A stretch of 64,000 bases of DNA. Origin: Eledone cirrhosa (taxonomy: Eukaryota). Shown piece by piece: positions 31,996 through 51,268 of this stretch (position 1 is the stretch's first letter; each line of letters starts with the position of its first letter). The notes under the pieces were generated by a model. The model made no database searches and was not told where the DNA came from. It saw only the letters and a program-made list of their open reading frames with translations. The stretch is from contig OZ024741.1 in assembly GCA_964016885.1 (NCBI GenBank), positions 230,516,001 to 230,580,000 of the forward strand, read 5' to 3'. Both the position numbers and the translations under genes were made by a program.

Positions 31996-34734
31996 CATAC
32001 ATACATACATACATACATACATACATACATACATACATACATACATACACACATACATACATACATACATAGCCGACGTAATTCGGCAAATTCCGTTTAT
32101 CGAGTTCCACTCAATATACATTGCACAAACGTGATGCTATCGGCAAACGATATAAAGATGAGTGAGAATAAACAATTCCCATGTTTTTTTAAATGTCCTT
32201 AATTTTAATTGTTCTGTGTGAGGAGATTAGTAAAGTTTTCATAAATAATAGTTCTTAAAACCTCAATTGTCTTGGCTGCCTCCTTCTAAAGTACTTGAAC
32301 TAAATTGAGTTTCATGATGAAATACAATTACCACTTGATGATACATCATTCGATGTGTCTGTTTTGTTCAACAGCTTTTCTCTTAGTGACTAACTATAAT
32401 ATCCTGTAGTTCTTACAATTTTATATATTTCATTGGTCTTATTTCGAGCCTAGAAAAGAGATCCATTACAATTTTAAGTTAACTCCACGGTTTGCTTTTT
32501 AGTAAAATATTTTACAATGAGGCTATTTCAGCAAATCATTATGAAAATAACATAAAATGTCGATGGAAATTTTGTTCAAGATACTATCTTCTCTACGATT
32601 TAATCTTCATTGCTCACAGAGTTGGTTTCAATAAAAATTGATACATTAAGCACAACACCAGTAATTCTGGAGGTAGGGGCAAGCCGATTATAATACGTGA
32701 CCGGTATATCTTTTTGTCGAACCTGCAAGAATGTAAGGCAATTTTTACTTTGGTGGATTTAATCTCAGAACCGAAAGTGCCAGAACATGTCCTGCTACGT
32801 ATTTTGCCTACTGTCTAATGATTCTACCTACCCACCATACTGTGAGTTGGTGATGATGATGATAAACGGTGAAAATAAAATATCTTTTCTTTAATCTCCA
32901 TGCTACCTTGTTCCTCGTCTAAAAGGGCTCAAGAGAGCAAATGTGATGTTGCTTTGTGTGTGGACAACTTTTAAGTTTATTTCAACTCAGAAATGTATTT
33001 TTTACTTATATTCTTTCATGATTTGGTCATGAGGAAAAACAGTTTCCATGACCATTTAGTGAGATTCAAAGACTGATGAATTGAGTAAAGGTCTTCAAAA
33101 CAATGAATGTTTGCAACAGAAAGGACGCCAATAAAATCCTCCAAGGCGCTGGTGGTTGTCTCAAATTAAGCAATGAGTTAAGTCTTCCACTCAAACAGGC
33201 TATTGCGAGATTTGAACTCAAAATGCAATGCGTCGGATCAAATTGTGGATTAGAAAACCAGAGACTGGTATGTCTTTTGTGTTGTTCGAAGATGGATGCA
33301 AGGCAAAATTTGACATGGTGGAATTTGGCTTGAGAATATAGTGAACTAGAATCAATAACATAATATATTTTATCCACCTTTGATAATTTCCCGTGTAATG
33401 TTGACACCTGGATTTTTCAGAATTACAAAATATACCATAGCAAGCCAAGTAGGCTATTGATGGATTTGAACTGAAAGCTCAAACATTCAGAACAAAGATT
33501 CGCAATGCATCCCTAACCATTCCACTAATTGACTGCAATGTACTGGTACGTATTTATAAATTCAAGAAAGATTGAAAGAAAGTTTACTTTGTTGGGATTT
33601 GAACTCAGAATGCAAAGAGCCTGAATTTATTACGCAAGGCTTTTTGTTCGATACTCTAACGCTTCTACATTGAGCCAAGGTATTTATCAATTTAATAAAA
33701 ATAAGTTCTCTATGGTTAATTATGTGAAAATTAATGTAGATGAGTCAACACTTAATAGGGGTACCAGTAAACTATTTTAAATGTTAACTTCCTACATCCC
33801 TTAAACCTGCATTGGCAAGACATTCTTGAAAAGTACGACACAGTAATATGACTGCATACAATTAAAAGTCTGGAAATTTTCACAAGAATCTATCCATTAG
33901 TAAATATTCTATAAATATTGTGAATACACAAACCCATTTTCGATAACCTCCTGATAAATAATTACTGTAGGTTAAGGGATAAAGTTTGTCTGTATTTGTC
34001 TGTAAAAATATAAAAACAGCCGTAAAGTATTTCAAGGAGCGCCTTCGAGGAAGTTGACACTTCAGCTCACATTGTCCCATCCCACGTAGTTCTTTAGTTA
34101 ATTTTAAATAATCATTTATAGTGACCAACATCTCATTTGAGTTATGTGTATTGGCACGACTGCATTTCAACATACCTCTTTATTTTTATGATATTCTAGG
34201 CGTATAGGCCCACACTTTTAGACCTTTAAGCTAACATACATTAAAAGTTGACACATACAAGTATATATATCTATATGTATATCTTGGCCTGTTATAATTA
34301 ATATCTTCCCCTTTTTTCCTAATAAATGCATCATAGCTGCTTCCCTTAGATTGTTATGCCCTTTTGTAAGCGTCAATTTTATTTTACAAATTAGAGCTAA
34401 CTGAAATCTATCGTTCTAAGTGATGCTCTCATACGTATATTTGTCTCTCCTGAAAAGGAATAGATATTCCAATAATGATAATTTTCGTTCGCTGCCGTAT
34501 AATTTGGACTAACTTCTAGCAAAATCAATATAAACAATTTTTCTTCTTTGAAGATTCTTTGTAAGTATCACTCATAACAATATATATGAGTGCGTACACA
34601 CACAAATGTATGTGTGAACTGTTATTTTGCTATTGAGTAGTTGAAACACCGTGTAAGATGTAAATTTGTCTTTGAATGTATTACTTTCTCCTCCATGTAT
34701 CTGCTTATATATATATATATATATACATACATAC

Positions 34735-40291
<5,557 letters not shown>

Positions 40292-41656
40292 ATATATATA
40301 TATATATACATTTCATTCTTTTCTTTTATCAGTTTGAAAAAAATATGCCAAGATGTTCATTGAAATAGCCGGTGCTTACTTACCTCCTCTTCTCTGACGC
40401 GTGACACCGAAAGTGGAGCTTACTACTGTAATCGCGATATCATACCAAGACACAAGGTTCGTACTGACCTGTTTCAGAAGTGTCTAACTCCTTGCTAATG
40501 AAGTTGCCCTTAGCCAATTATATACTGCTTAATAGCATTACCTAATTCTGGGCATGAAAAAAAACATAATTTTATGAGAGAAATAAAAATAGAAAGTAAA
40601 TACAGGAGAAACTTAATTTTACATGCGAGGGAAAATGCTACATAATTCAAGAAAATAATTTGTGGTGGATTATTGGATGGCTTCATTGATAATTTGTTGG
40701 TTATATTGCTCGATTTTTATATGATATTACAAGTTAACAAATATATAAGTATAGTAGCGATGTTTTGTCTTTGATAATTTGGCGGAGAAACTGCTCACTA
40801 TCATCCTGATGTTCATATCTGCATCTTGGGTGGTGCAGAGATATTCGAAGATCAGTTTGATGATACCGGATAGTAAAACACATTTATCTTGTTGGCACGT
40901 TTGACGTGCACATGTCAATAAGGTAGAGCATATCTCGATCAGATGATCTGAAGCTCTATCTGCAATTTGGAATTGTCTTCATTTCTATTATGTGAACTCT
41001 AAATCTCCCCAACGCAGATTGAACGCAATATAGTACGACAGATCTTCGAACAGACTTGTGTACCTGCTTGGTCAGCAACCTGTAGCATGTTGTCTCTCTG
41101 CATCACAATCTTATAGCGGTATCTGCTTTAATGCTTTATCCACGTAGTCATATGATACCCAGTTTGACAGCGATTCTCAACATATCGGCGTTTCCTCATG
41201 ATTTGCCCTGGATTTGCGAGCAACACAAATGGCATTGCTGGTCTCCGATGGCTTTATTATCTAGAGAACTAGTGAGTAGGAAACCTTAGGAAAGAAGACG
41301 GGACACAGATTCCTTCAATGAAGTGACTCTGCTCAATATGTAGAAAAAGAGTAGGTATAAACTCAATACGATGTACACAATGTAAATCTTCGGTAAACAA
41401 ATGATGTAGTGGGATAACGGTTAGACTTTGCAGGTAAGCGATGCACAGGGATAATCGGGGAGAAGAGCGTTAGTGATTAAAAATATTTTCCAGTTACGGG
41501 GAGCCTCCATGGAAATTATTAATAGCTTCTGGTATCTAGGTGAATTAATTAGCAACAGATCCGGGGGCACTGGTGGTTCATCCTCCTCCATTGCATAGAA
41601 GTAGCGAGCCCACGTTTCTAAAATGGATGATGGAAGTTCAAATCTGTTATACTATA

Positions 41657-44600
41657 CTAGCAGTAAAGCTCGGCGTTGCTCGGGGCTGCTCAGTAGCTGT
41701 GTAAAAGTTACAATGTTAAGTTCCTTTCTTGGCTCAAAAACTGTAGAGTCTACAGTGTAGACTTTCATGTGGTACTTTTGATTAATATTCCCTCAACCAA
41801 CAGTATGCCTTATGAAGTTAAGAAAACATAACCATAACCCGAATGTTTAAACAAAAGAGGATGCTGGGGATAAAAACTGCACTGGTAATCTATTAACAAA
41901 AATCGAAAATGTAAACACTGCAGCACTTGTCTCAGAGAAAAACATCAGTGTAACCAAACTATCAGTTATTTTGAAACAAAGAAATTGGATGGACATGAAA
42001 AACAAAAAGAAATGCGTCGAGGGAGGCAGGTAGCATCAAAGAGGTTCGCACCTGTGATAAAAGATATTGACAATGTAATAGCATCGATGTTTAAGTATAA
42101 ACTATGAAGAGCTCATAACATACCCATGGTGAGTTTGACGGGCAGATTATAGACAGCCACAGCATGCGAAATGGACAGCTGCAGCAAAAGCCATATTCAC
42201 CAAAAAGAATCGCTGAAATCAACAAAACAGAAATGCTGCTCCCATTGCATCTTCACATGCAATTGAGACTGATGACGAAAGCTTATTTCGACGCACCAGA
42301 AATGCTGTTGTTGCATGTTGTCTATGTCGGAATGCATATTGAAACAATGAAAGAAATGACGGGAACAATCCTTGTATGTATGTGCCAAGTTGTGTGTGTC
42401 TATGTATTAAACGCCGGACTTGTCAGCGACTTGAGGGGCGTCCTTAATAATCGAAAGCATCGATTTCAGAGTGGCTTTGATTTGCCAACAATGCTGGTCT
42501 CTAGAGGCCTAGGTGTCAATAGAATGCACTGCATCGATGTTGAATACAGGTTTCGTAGACGCTATATATTTAAGGCAGTCGGTGTAACATTGCCGTTTTG
42601 AACCCCAAACCCTACAAAACCTCACGGTATACAATATTCTTTGTTTTTTCCGTTTGGAGCCAAAGTAAAGAGGTGGTTCCGGCTGCCAACTCGTAGAATT
42701 GTCCATGGGAAAAACATGGCTCCTCCAGGTAAAGTCCTCCCACAGATAAAGTCTGACCCTGGGACTTGTTAATGGACATAGCAAAGGCAGCACGAAGGGG
42801 AAATTGGGTTTTTTAAAAGAATAGTGTGCATCCACTCCTGATGTAGTAAGTGTTGCCGTAGGTATTAAAACATCTTCTCCTTTTCCACACCCCGACATAT
42901 TCGTAGCATAAATAATGTGCTGTGACATCCTATTGACAACAAGGCGTGTACCATTGCAAAGCTTGGGAGGCGTTATATTTCTGAGAAGTATAACTGGACA
43001 TCCTTCCTCGAGAGACAAAATATGTTGAGGTAGACCGGGAATATCCAATGAATTGAGGTATTCAGTGGGATAATTGACCGCATCATGTGGATCAACATTG
43101 GTATCAATAGACTTAAAATCTTATCATTTCCAGGAAGACTTTCAAGCATGTGGTGATTAATGGCGGAGACAGTGACATTTGTAGGAGCTAATATAGCCCT
43201 CTCACACAGCCATGTTTGATTGCGGTAATTATCTGCCAAGTTGGGAAAAACGGCTGCCTTGAGATCTTCGACAGTGTTAACCAGACAGCATTTATTGTCG
43301 AGTGCAATGTCTCCATGCACATCTGAAGATACTTTGCCGTCGCCAAGAATGAGAAGGTCTTCAGCAAATATTTCAGACACAGTATCGCCATGCAGTTGAA
43401 CACGCATGTTAGTGGTCAGATGAAGTGTTGTTACCTGTTGCCACAATGGAGAAGACGTCAGCTCTGATGCCCTTTGGAATAACCGGCAAAGTTTGTCGAA
43501 AGTCCCCTGAAAGCAAAAGAGTTACACCCCCCATGGTCTCCCGACGGTCTCTAATGTCTTTCAGTATTCTATCTAAGGCCTCAATAGCTCCTTTGTGAAC
43601 CATGGTGCATTCATGCCACACAATCAGTTGGCACCGTCGTAGCAGTTCTGCTCTCGGACTATCGTTGGTGATGTCACAGAGTGGTATTTCAGCTGATACC
43701 AAGTTAAGCGGAAGCTTAAAGGTAGAGTGTGCTGTCCTGCCGCCAGGAAGTAGTGTAGCTGCAATGCCAGATGATGCAACGGCTATTGTGATAACTTCAT
43801 TCTGTCTAACTTTGGCAAGAAGAAGTTTAGTAACAAAGGTTTTTCCAGTGCTTCCAGGGGCATCAAGAAAGAAGATACCACTCCATCGATGAAATACATA
43901 GTCGGTGATGGTGTTGTATGCAAATTGCTGATCGGGAAGTAGTTTTGGTTCCATTTCAAACACATATCTAGCTAGAGTGTCGACATCATAAGATGGATAT
44001 TTCTTGGATGTTGAGAGTTGGAATTTTATTAGAATCAGTGCGGTGGGTTTGTGGCAGACCGTATGCTGGCAAGGCATTCCCACCCACAAGGAAAATCCTG
44101 TCCTCTATGTCTATTGATGATTTATTGTATAAAGCATCACTGAAATCTACTTCTATGTCAGGAAGTAGTAGTTGAGCCTGGTGCAGGAAGTTCTCAGACA
44201 GTTGGTTCCGAAACTTCAACCATAATGTGTAGGGATCACAAATGTTACATAAGTGAAGAAGCTTTGCAAAGAGCTCTCGTATTTTTCCAGCTGAGTGTGA
44301 TGAAGCGATCTCCGCCAAGGTTGCATCCCATCGTGAGTCATCTTCAAGTATTCCACAAGCCAAACAGGCATCTCTGTATGTAGACCAAACAAGATTACCG
44401 TAAGTTCTGAGTTCCTGAAAACTTGTCGGTCCTTTGACCTCATGTAGTAGCATTCGAAGATAGAAGCACTCGAGTTGATTTGGAGGAATCGTATACACTC
44501 GCCCCAAGCAATTAGTGAATTTGATCCCGGGAACTCCAATAACTAGTTGGCCAGTCTTTCTGCGACTCCTTGTTTTTTCATTCCATGTGTAGTATGATGG

Positions 44601-45929
44601 CACCTGAGCATACAGCAATGATTTTGCAAAGTCATCGCATTCGCACAGTTTGAAAAATCCAGTTATAGTTTTCTCCCTTGGGGTATGTGCCAATTCAGCG
44701 GCATTTTTATTGTTATAGTACATCCGTTGACCGTTTTCTAGGTGTACATCTAATTTTACAATTGAAGGGTACCTATCATGTCTTGGAAAACCGAAGATAC
44801 GCCAAAAGTCCTCGCTACTACTTATGTAACGCCCTACTTGGAATTGCGTTACTTCGTCTCTATTGTTTTCGTTGAGTATACCGAACGAAGCAACGTCAGA
44901 ACCTTTATTAACATACTTACATATGTATTTGATGCACTTGATTGTCTGTCTGCACACATTCATCGCCTATATCAACACTCTGCACGACTGTCTGCCAGCA
45001 CAACTTTATCGCCTATATCACCGCTCTGCATGACTTCTGTCTCCACAACTTTATCGCCTATATCACCTCTCTGCACGACTGTCTGTCTGCACAACTTTAT
45101 CGCCTATATCACCTCTCTGCACGACTGTCTGTCTGCACAATTGTATTGCCTATCACCTTTCTGCACGACTGTCTGTCTGCACAACGTTATCACCTATACC
45201 ACTTCTCTGCACGATTGTCTGACTGCATGCCCCCATCGTCTATCAGCCCGACTGTCTGTCTGCACAACTTTATCGCCTATACCACTTCTCTGCATGATTG
45301 TCTGTCTGCATGCCCCCATCGTCTATCAGCCCGACTGTCTGTCTGCACAACTTTATCGCCTATATCACCTCTCTGCACGACTGTCTGTCGTTTAAAATCA
45401 TTGCTTCTAAATGAAAATCTCATAAGGCTATATTCAAGATCAATGTTTTTTACAAAATATTTGCTTATTTTACGGTGTATTCAAATAGGCTTGTTTTCGA
45501 GTAAAAATATTGTTTTAAAAGACTTTTTAATGGAAATGGAGCAAAATGGAAGCTTAATGTTGAAACTTCGAAAAATGAATTTTGCAGGTTAAAATTTTGC
45601 TGGTCCGAAAACTGTTCGCGTATTTTTGTACTTTTGCACGCGTCGTTTATTCGTAACGTAAATAGGTAAACAGAAATACGCCATAAAAGGGAAATAACTC
45701 GTCTCTCATCTCTATTTATACATTTGCACTGACAAATCAATACATTACAAATTCGATTTTTGCACTTGGCGTGGGTAGATTTGAAATTTTTTTTTACCGT
45801 TGTCTCGTCGGATCTTCGTCTATAAGTGTAGTAATTTCACCGAAATTTGAACGTACGATTTAGGAGGAGATGTGTGCCGACCGTTTTAGTAGAAAAACAG
45901 ATAGACAACCTCAGTTTTATATATATAGA
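41657..45929 (-). mobile_element. Helitron, copy 2 (minisatellite at 44942-45389)
   Basis: Same termini and ORFs at offset +23297. Confidence 0.93.
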
Positions 45930-46357
45930 TGTAGATATAGATATAGATAATTGTATATAAATGTGTGCGTATATGAATGGGTATGTGTACGTATGCGCGA
46001 GTGTGTAAGCCAGCGTCCGAATCGTGTGCTTAATTTGCTGTGTACCTGATTAAGTATTTATGTGAAGATGTGTGTATGAAACATACTAAGGCGTAACGTA
46101 CGTTACGAATGGAAAAACACACACACACTCAGGCACATACACACTCATATAGAAAAAGTGACGTCGTAACCGTGTTATAAAATAGTCTATAGTAGATTAT
46201 TTTAGATAAAGTGTTATACTGTTTCAATCCAAATGAAAATAATAATGATATGTTGTTACTCCCGGGGTCTGATACAATTACCTTGTAATATTTGATTTGA
46301 TTTGGCCGAGTCATTTTGGAATGTATAAGGAAGTGACAAACAGACAGAGAAACAAAG

Positions 46358-46385
<28 letters not shown>

Positions 46386-46392
<7 letters not shown>

Positions 46393-47132
46393 GATTTGAA
46401 TGGATACAGTTTAGTTGAAAGGAATTTATTGACACGTGTTTCTATAACAGTTACATAACCTAAAACAGCTATCTACAAACTTTTAGTTATGCAGACATTC
46501 AATATTTCAATGTTATTATTTACTGTCATTTCATCAGAATAATATTACTGAGGACCTATTTAGTTTTTATAGAGAATATTAGGAGGGAGGGGTGAAGTTG
46601 TTAGAAGAATAGTTGAAGGAGTGGTTTTTCGATAGCAGTGAGAATTCTTGGTGGCAGTGAGTAATTAGATTCCCATCTGTTGTTTTGACATTTTTTATAG
46701 AATATATTATTGGTTATTTTTCTAAATCTATAGAAGGATTAGAGATAGTAAAGATATGCGTGGTTAGTTTTGTGTTTGCACTTAACATTCAGACTTAAAT
46801 TTTTCTTTCAAGTGTACGTATTCTCTCACCCACGCATTCACACACAAATATATTTGCACACCTCTACAAAATACATATACTCACAATTCACATATTCATA
46901 CTTACATATATATACACATGCATACACATATATATACACACATGTATTCATGTACATACATACGCGCTCATGTGTATACATTTTCATACTCTACTTATCT
47001 TTATATATACACACGTATAGACACACACATATATACATACATACTCTAGTCCATGTGTACACACATACACATACATACACATCCATATACACATACATAC
47101 ATACACATATATATATACATACATACATACAC

Positions 47133-47171
<39 letters not shown>

Positions 47172-48093
47172 CATACATATACATATATACACATATATAC
47201 ATATACACACATATATATATATATATATAAGCACTTTAATACATGAATACACTTACATCTAACTATACACATCAAACATATATATATATTTACTTATTTA
47301 TATACATTTTCACATATATATACATACTTATGGACGTTTTTAGACACATTCATTATCGCATATTTGTACCTATTCTCATCAGCATATCTTTTCATTATTA
47401 GTATGGTAATTTAAGGTTATTAATATATGTTGAGAAGAGATTGTTTTTATATTTTTCTAACTAGATTAAGGTTTATATAGTTGGGGGATGTCCCTCTTTT
47501 ATGTAATATTCTGCTTGTAGTGGGAAAAAAGGGTTTTAGTTCTGTGACGGCAGAATAATGTTCGTTCAATTCTGTTATTCAGCAGTTTCTTCTTGTGTGT
47601 GATTATGTAATAAATCTCAAGATTACACAATTTGCAGAAATTTTGGCTCCTGGAAAAGCTTTGGGTTTTAGCTAATTTTTCCCATTTTAGGGTAAACTTT
47701 TGATTGCTATCCCTGAGCGTCCAAGCTTTTTCTGCTAAAGTTGTTACATTTCTTTGGCTCTGGTGTTTTATTGAGTAAGAATGCCTATACAATCGAGATT
47801 TAAACGATGTTGCCGTTGATCCCACGTAATACCACTCGTTGCCTCCGGATTTAATGGTACACTTATAAATAATATTTTTTTCCAGGCAGTTATTGCCGAG
47901 GGGGCAGTTGTCAGGATAGGTGCAGTTACAGTTGTGTACGTTGGGTTTTCTCTGGAGTAGTATTGCGGACGAACTTAGGTGTGGTTTATTTATGTTCTGT
48001 AGTGTATTGTCTACTGTTTTTTTGGGGTTCTTTGTACTTAAGTTCTTAGTGTTTTCGTTTAACCTTCTAGTATTGATCTTTTTTATGTGTTGT
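46386..48093. repeat. Inverted repeat, left arm (1708 bp)
   Basis: Reverse complement of 49455-51157. Confidence 0.95.
46426..46542 (-). ncRNA. Hammerhead ribozyme motif (left arm)
   Basis: Reverse complement of 51001-51117, with one G/T difference in the stem II insertion. Confidence 0.65.
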
Positions 48094-49454
48094 TCAAGGT
48101 TTAACGCTGTAGAGTATGACAGTCTTATAGTGGTAGGGTTTAGGATTTTGTGGTATTTGTGTGATGTGGGAAAATGTCTTTTAATTATTTTAAAGAAGAG
48201 TACTGGTAAATTTGTACTAATGGAGCTATTGTATTCGGGGTTATACCATAAGTACTCTTTGCATCGCTTTCTATTAGTTTTATTTGTTGGTTTACTGGTG
48301 TGCATACTATGGTAGTAAGTGTGGTTTGGTGTTGTGTTATTATATCTACCTATGTGGGATTTATTTTGGGTGTTTTGATTGTTCCCATCTATGTACTCTA
48401 TTTTGTTGAGGTAGCCTGCTTTACTAAGGGCGTTATCGTAGTACTCGGCGTGTTCCTTAAATACTTGTATGTTAGAAGATAGACCCGAGATTCTAAGGGA
48501 AATATTTTTAGGGATAGATTTAATTATAGAGATGGGGTGGTTAGACCCAACATTTACGTATTTGAGATTTTCATTCAATTTATGAAACGGTTTAATCAAA
48601 CTAGAGTTTAAATTGAGTGTGACATCCAGGAAGTTAACTACTTTAAGGTTGTATTCATATGTTATAGTTAGTCCTATTTCGAGAAGTAGTTTTCTTATAT
48701 CTTTGCGTAGTTTTTCTAGTTTTTGGTTATTAAGGTTTTTAGCTAGGAGGAGAACATCGTCGCGGTATATTCCGCCGTGGAGATTGCTGAATTTTTCCTG
48801 GAGTCTAAAGGCGATAAATAACCCCACAATATCAGTTATTTCCGCCGAATCGTTAGAGCCCATTGTTATGTCAAAGTTAGAGGGTCTATCTTTACGTACC
48901 CAATAACTGTTCTCAAATTTGACTATAGTTTTCCTAGCTTCTAATATAATCTTAATTTCATCGTTTGTAAGGTCAGAGTTATCCTTAGCAAACTTAATGG
49001 CTCTATTCAAAGTTTCAGGTGATATCGATGAGTAATATTCATCGATATCAAACTGGATAAACTTAGATTTATTCTTATTGCTAATGCTATTAAACCATCT
49101 TATTGCTTCTTGGGTCTTCCCCCAGAGTTTAATGTTAACCTTAGCCTTAATTTGGGGGATGATTCTATCTAAGATATATTTGCTTATTTTACCTATATCT
49201 GATTTAGAGGGGCAGATTAATCTAATTTTAGGGTCATTATCAAAGTTTACCTTGTGGTCCTTAAGATTGAAGGTGGGTACCGCCGGTAAGAGTGGTCCTG
49301 TCCTATCTTCGATTCCGAGATTTTTCACTATTTCGCATGCCTCATCATTGATGTGCTTAAGGGTTACTTCACTCGTTTTTCTATATTTTTTATGTAATTC
49401 TTTTCGAATGAAGTTGTTGTATGTAGTGCAATCCATAGTGTACAGGTTTGATGT
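47499..49454 (-). CDS. PLE reverse transcriptase + GIY-YIG endonuclease (uninterrupted, N-terminus lost at the inversion junction)
   Basis: About 650 codons without stop or frameshift, intact YRDD. The first 58 aa of the listed 709-aa ORF come from the antisense of the inverted arm. Confidence 0.9.
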   Translation of the reverse strand, partial: TSNLYTMDCTTYNNFIRKELHKKYRKTSEVTLKHINDEACEIVKNLGIEDRTGPLLPAVPTFNLKDHKVNFDNDPKIRLICPSKSDIGKISKYILDRIIPQIKAKVNIKLWGKTQEAIRWFNSISNKNKSKFIQFDIDEYYSSISPETLNRAIKFAKDNSDLTNDEIKIILEARKTIVKFENSYWVRKDRPSNFDITMGSNDSAEITDIVGLFIAFRLQEKFSNLHGGIYRDDVLLLAKNLNNQKLEKLRKDIRKLLLEIGLTITYEYNLKVVNFLDVTLNLNSSLIKPFHKLNENLKYVNVGSNHPISIIKSIPKNISLRISGLSSNIQVFKEHAEYYDNALSKAGYLNKIEYIDGNNQNTQNKSHIGRYNNTTPNHTYYHSMHTSKPTNKTNRKRCKEYLWYNPEYNSSISTNLPVLFFKIIKRHFPTSHKYHKILNPTTIRLSYSTALNLEQHIKKINTRRLNENTKNLSTKNPKKTVDNTLQNINKPHLSSSAILLQRKPNVHNCNCTYPDNCPLGNNCLEKNIIYKCTIKSGGNEWYYVGSTATSFKSRLYRHSYSIKHQSQRNVTTLAEKAWTLRDSNQKFTLKWEKLAKTQSFSRSQNFCKLCNLEIYYIITHKKKLLNNRIERTLFCRHRTKTLFSHYKQNIT

Positions 49455-50377
49455 ACAACACATAAAAAAGATCAATACTAGAAGGTTAAACGAAAACACT
49501 AAGAACTTAAGTACAAAGAACCCCCAAAAAACAGTAGACAATACACTACAGAACATAAATAAACCACACCTAAGTTCGTCCGCAATACTACTCCAGAGAA
49601 AACCCAACGTACACAACTGTAACTGCACCTATCCTGACAACTGCCCCCTCGGCAATAACTGCCTGGAAAAAAATATTATTTATAAGTGTACCATTAAATC
49701 CGGAGGCAACGAGTGGTATTACGTGGGATCAACGGCAACATCGTTTAAATCTCGATTGTATAGGCATTCTTACTCAATAAAACACCAGAGCCAAAGAAAT
49801 GTAACAACTTTAGCAGAAAAAGCTTGGACGCTCAGGGATAGCAATCAAAAGTTTACCCTAAAATGGGAAAAATTAGCTAAAACCCAAAGCTTTTCCAGGA
49901 GCCAAAATTTCTGCAAATTGTGTAATCTTGAGATTTATTACATAATCACACACAAGAAGAAACTGCTGAATAACAGAATTGAACGAACATTATTCTGCCG
50001 TCACAGAACTAAAACCGTTTTTTTCCCACTACAAGCAGAATATTACATAAAAGAGGGACATCCCCCAACTATATAAACCTTAATCTAGTTAGAAAAATAT
50101 AAAAACAATCTCTTCTCAACATATATTAATAACCTTAAATTACCATACTAATAATGAAAAGATATGCTGATGAGAATAGGTACAAATATGCGATAATGAA
50201 TGTGTCTAAAAACGTCCATAAGTATGTATATATATGTGAAAATGTATATAAATAAGTAAATATATATATATGTTTGATGTGTATAGTTAGATGTAAGTGT
50301 ATTCATGTATTAAAGTGCTTATATATATATATATATATGTGTGTATATGTATATATGTGTATATATGTATATGTATG

Positions 50378-50410
<33 letters not shown>

Positions 50411-51157
50411 GTGTATGTATGTATGTATATATATATGTGTATGTATGTATGTGTATATGGATGTGTATGTATGTGTATGTGTGTACACATGGACTAGAGT
50501 ATGTATGTATATATGTGTGTGTCTATACGTGTGTATATATAAAGATAAGTAGAGTATGAAAATGTATACACATGAGCGCGTATGTATGTACATGAATACA
50601 TGTGTGTATATATATGTGTATGCATGTGTATATATATGTAAGTATGAATATGTGAATTGTGAGTATATGTATTTTGTAGAGGTGTGCAAATATATTTGTG
50701 TGTGAATGCGTGGGTGAAAGAATACGTACACTTGAAAGAAAAATTTAAGTCTGAATGTTAAGTGCAAACACAAAACTAACCACGCATATCTTTACTATCT
50801 CTAATCCTTCTATAGATTTAGAAAAATAACCAATAATATATTCTATAAAAAATGTCAAAACAACAGATGGGAATCTAATTACTCACTGCCACCAAGAATT
50901 CTCACTGCTATCGAAAAACCACTCCTTCAACTATTCTTCTAACAACTTCACCCCTCCCTCCTAATATTCTCTATAAAAACTAAATAGGTCCTCAGTAATA
51001 TTATTCTGATGAAATGACAGTAAATAATAACATTGAAATATTGAATGTCTGCATAACTAAAAGTTTGTAGATAGCTGTTTTATGTTATGTAACTGTTATA
51101 GAAACACGTGTCAATAAATTCCTTTCAACTAAACTGTATCCATTCAAATCTTTCTAT
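49455..51157. repeat. Inverted repeat, right arm (1703 bp)
   Basis: Differs from the left arm by about 4 substitutions, a 1-bp insertion near 50017-50024 and a 6-bp (AT) contraction. Confidence 0.95.
51001..51117 (+). ncRNA. Type I hammerhead ribozyme motif with enlarged stem II
   Basis: ttatt-CTGATGA-a-atgacagt-[70 nt]-actgttat-a-GAAA-cacgtg-TC-aataa. Stem I is ttatt/aataa, stem II is atgacagt/actgttat, stem III is palindromic acacgtgt. Predicted cleavage after C51112. The first stem II pair is an A.A mismatch. Confidence 0.7.
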
Positions 51158-51264
51158 TTTTCTCCGGATTACTTTTGGAACTACAACTGGAACCGTCGAG
51201 CAAACTCTACGTGAGCTGATAATCTACTGTGTGTAATATTTATATTACAACACAACGGAAAATA

Positions 51265-51268
<4 letters not shown>

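Larger units (their letters stand above)
46386..51268 (-). mobile_element. Hydra-clade-like PLE: 5'-truncated minus copy (46386-49454) fused to an inverted 3' copy (49455-51268), inserted in (AT)n
   Basis: KDHKVNF..PKIRLICPSKSDIGKISK, FIQFDIDEYY, FDITMGSND, GIYRDD, VNFLDVT, SNHP, CNC-x5-CPL, IIY/YVG GIY-YIG, CKLC, LNNRIE..CRH. (AT)n tracts lie on both flanks. Confidence 0.93.

Noticed and set aside
49078-50076. 332-aa plus-strand ORF and the N-terminal 58 aa of the 709-aa minus ORF as novel fusion proteins
   Set aside because: Both are chimeras created by the inversion junction (antisense RT or antisense EN joined in frame).
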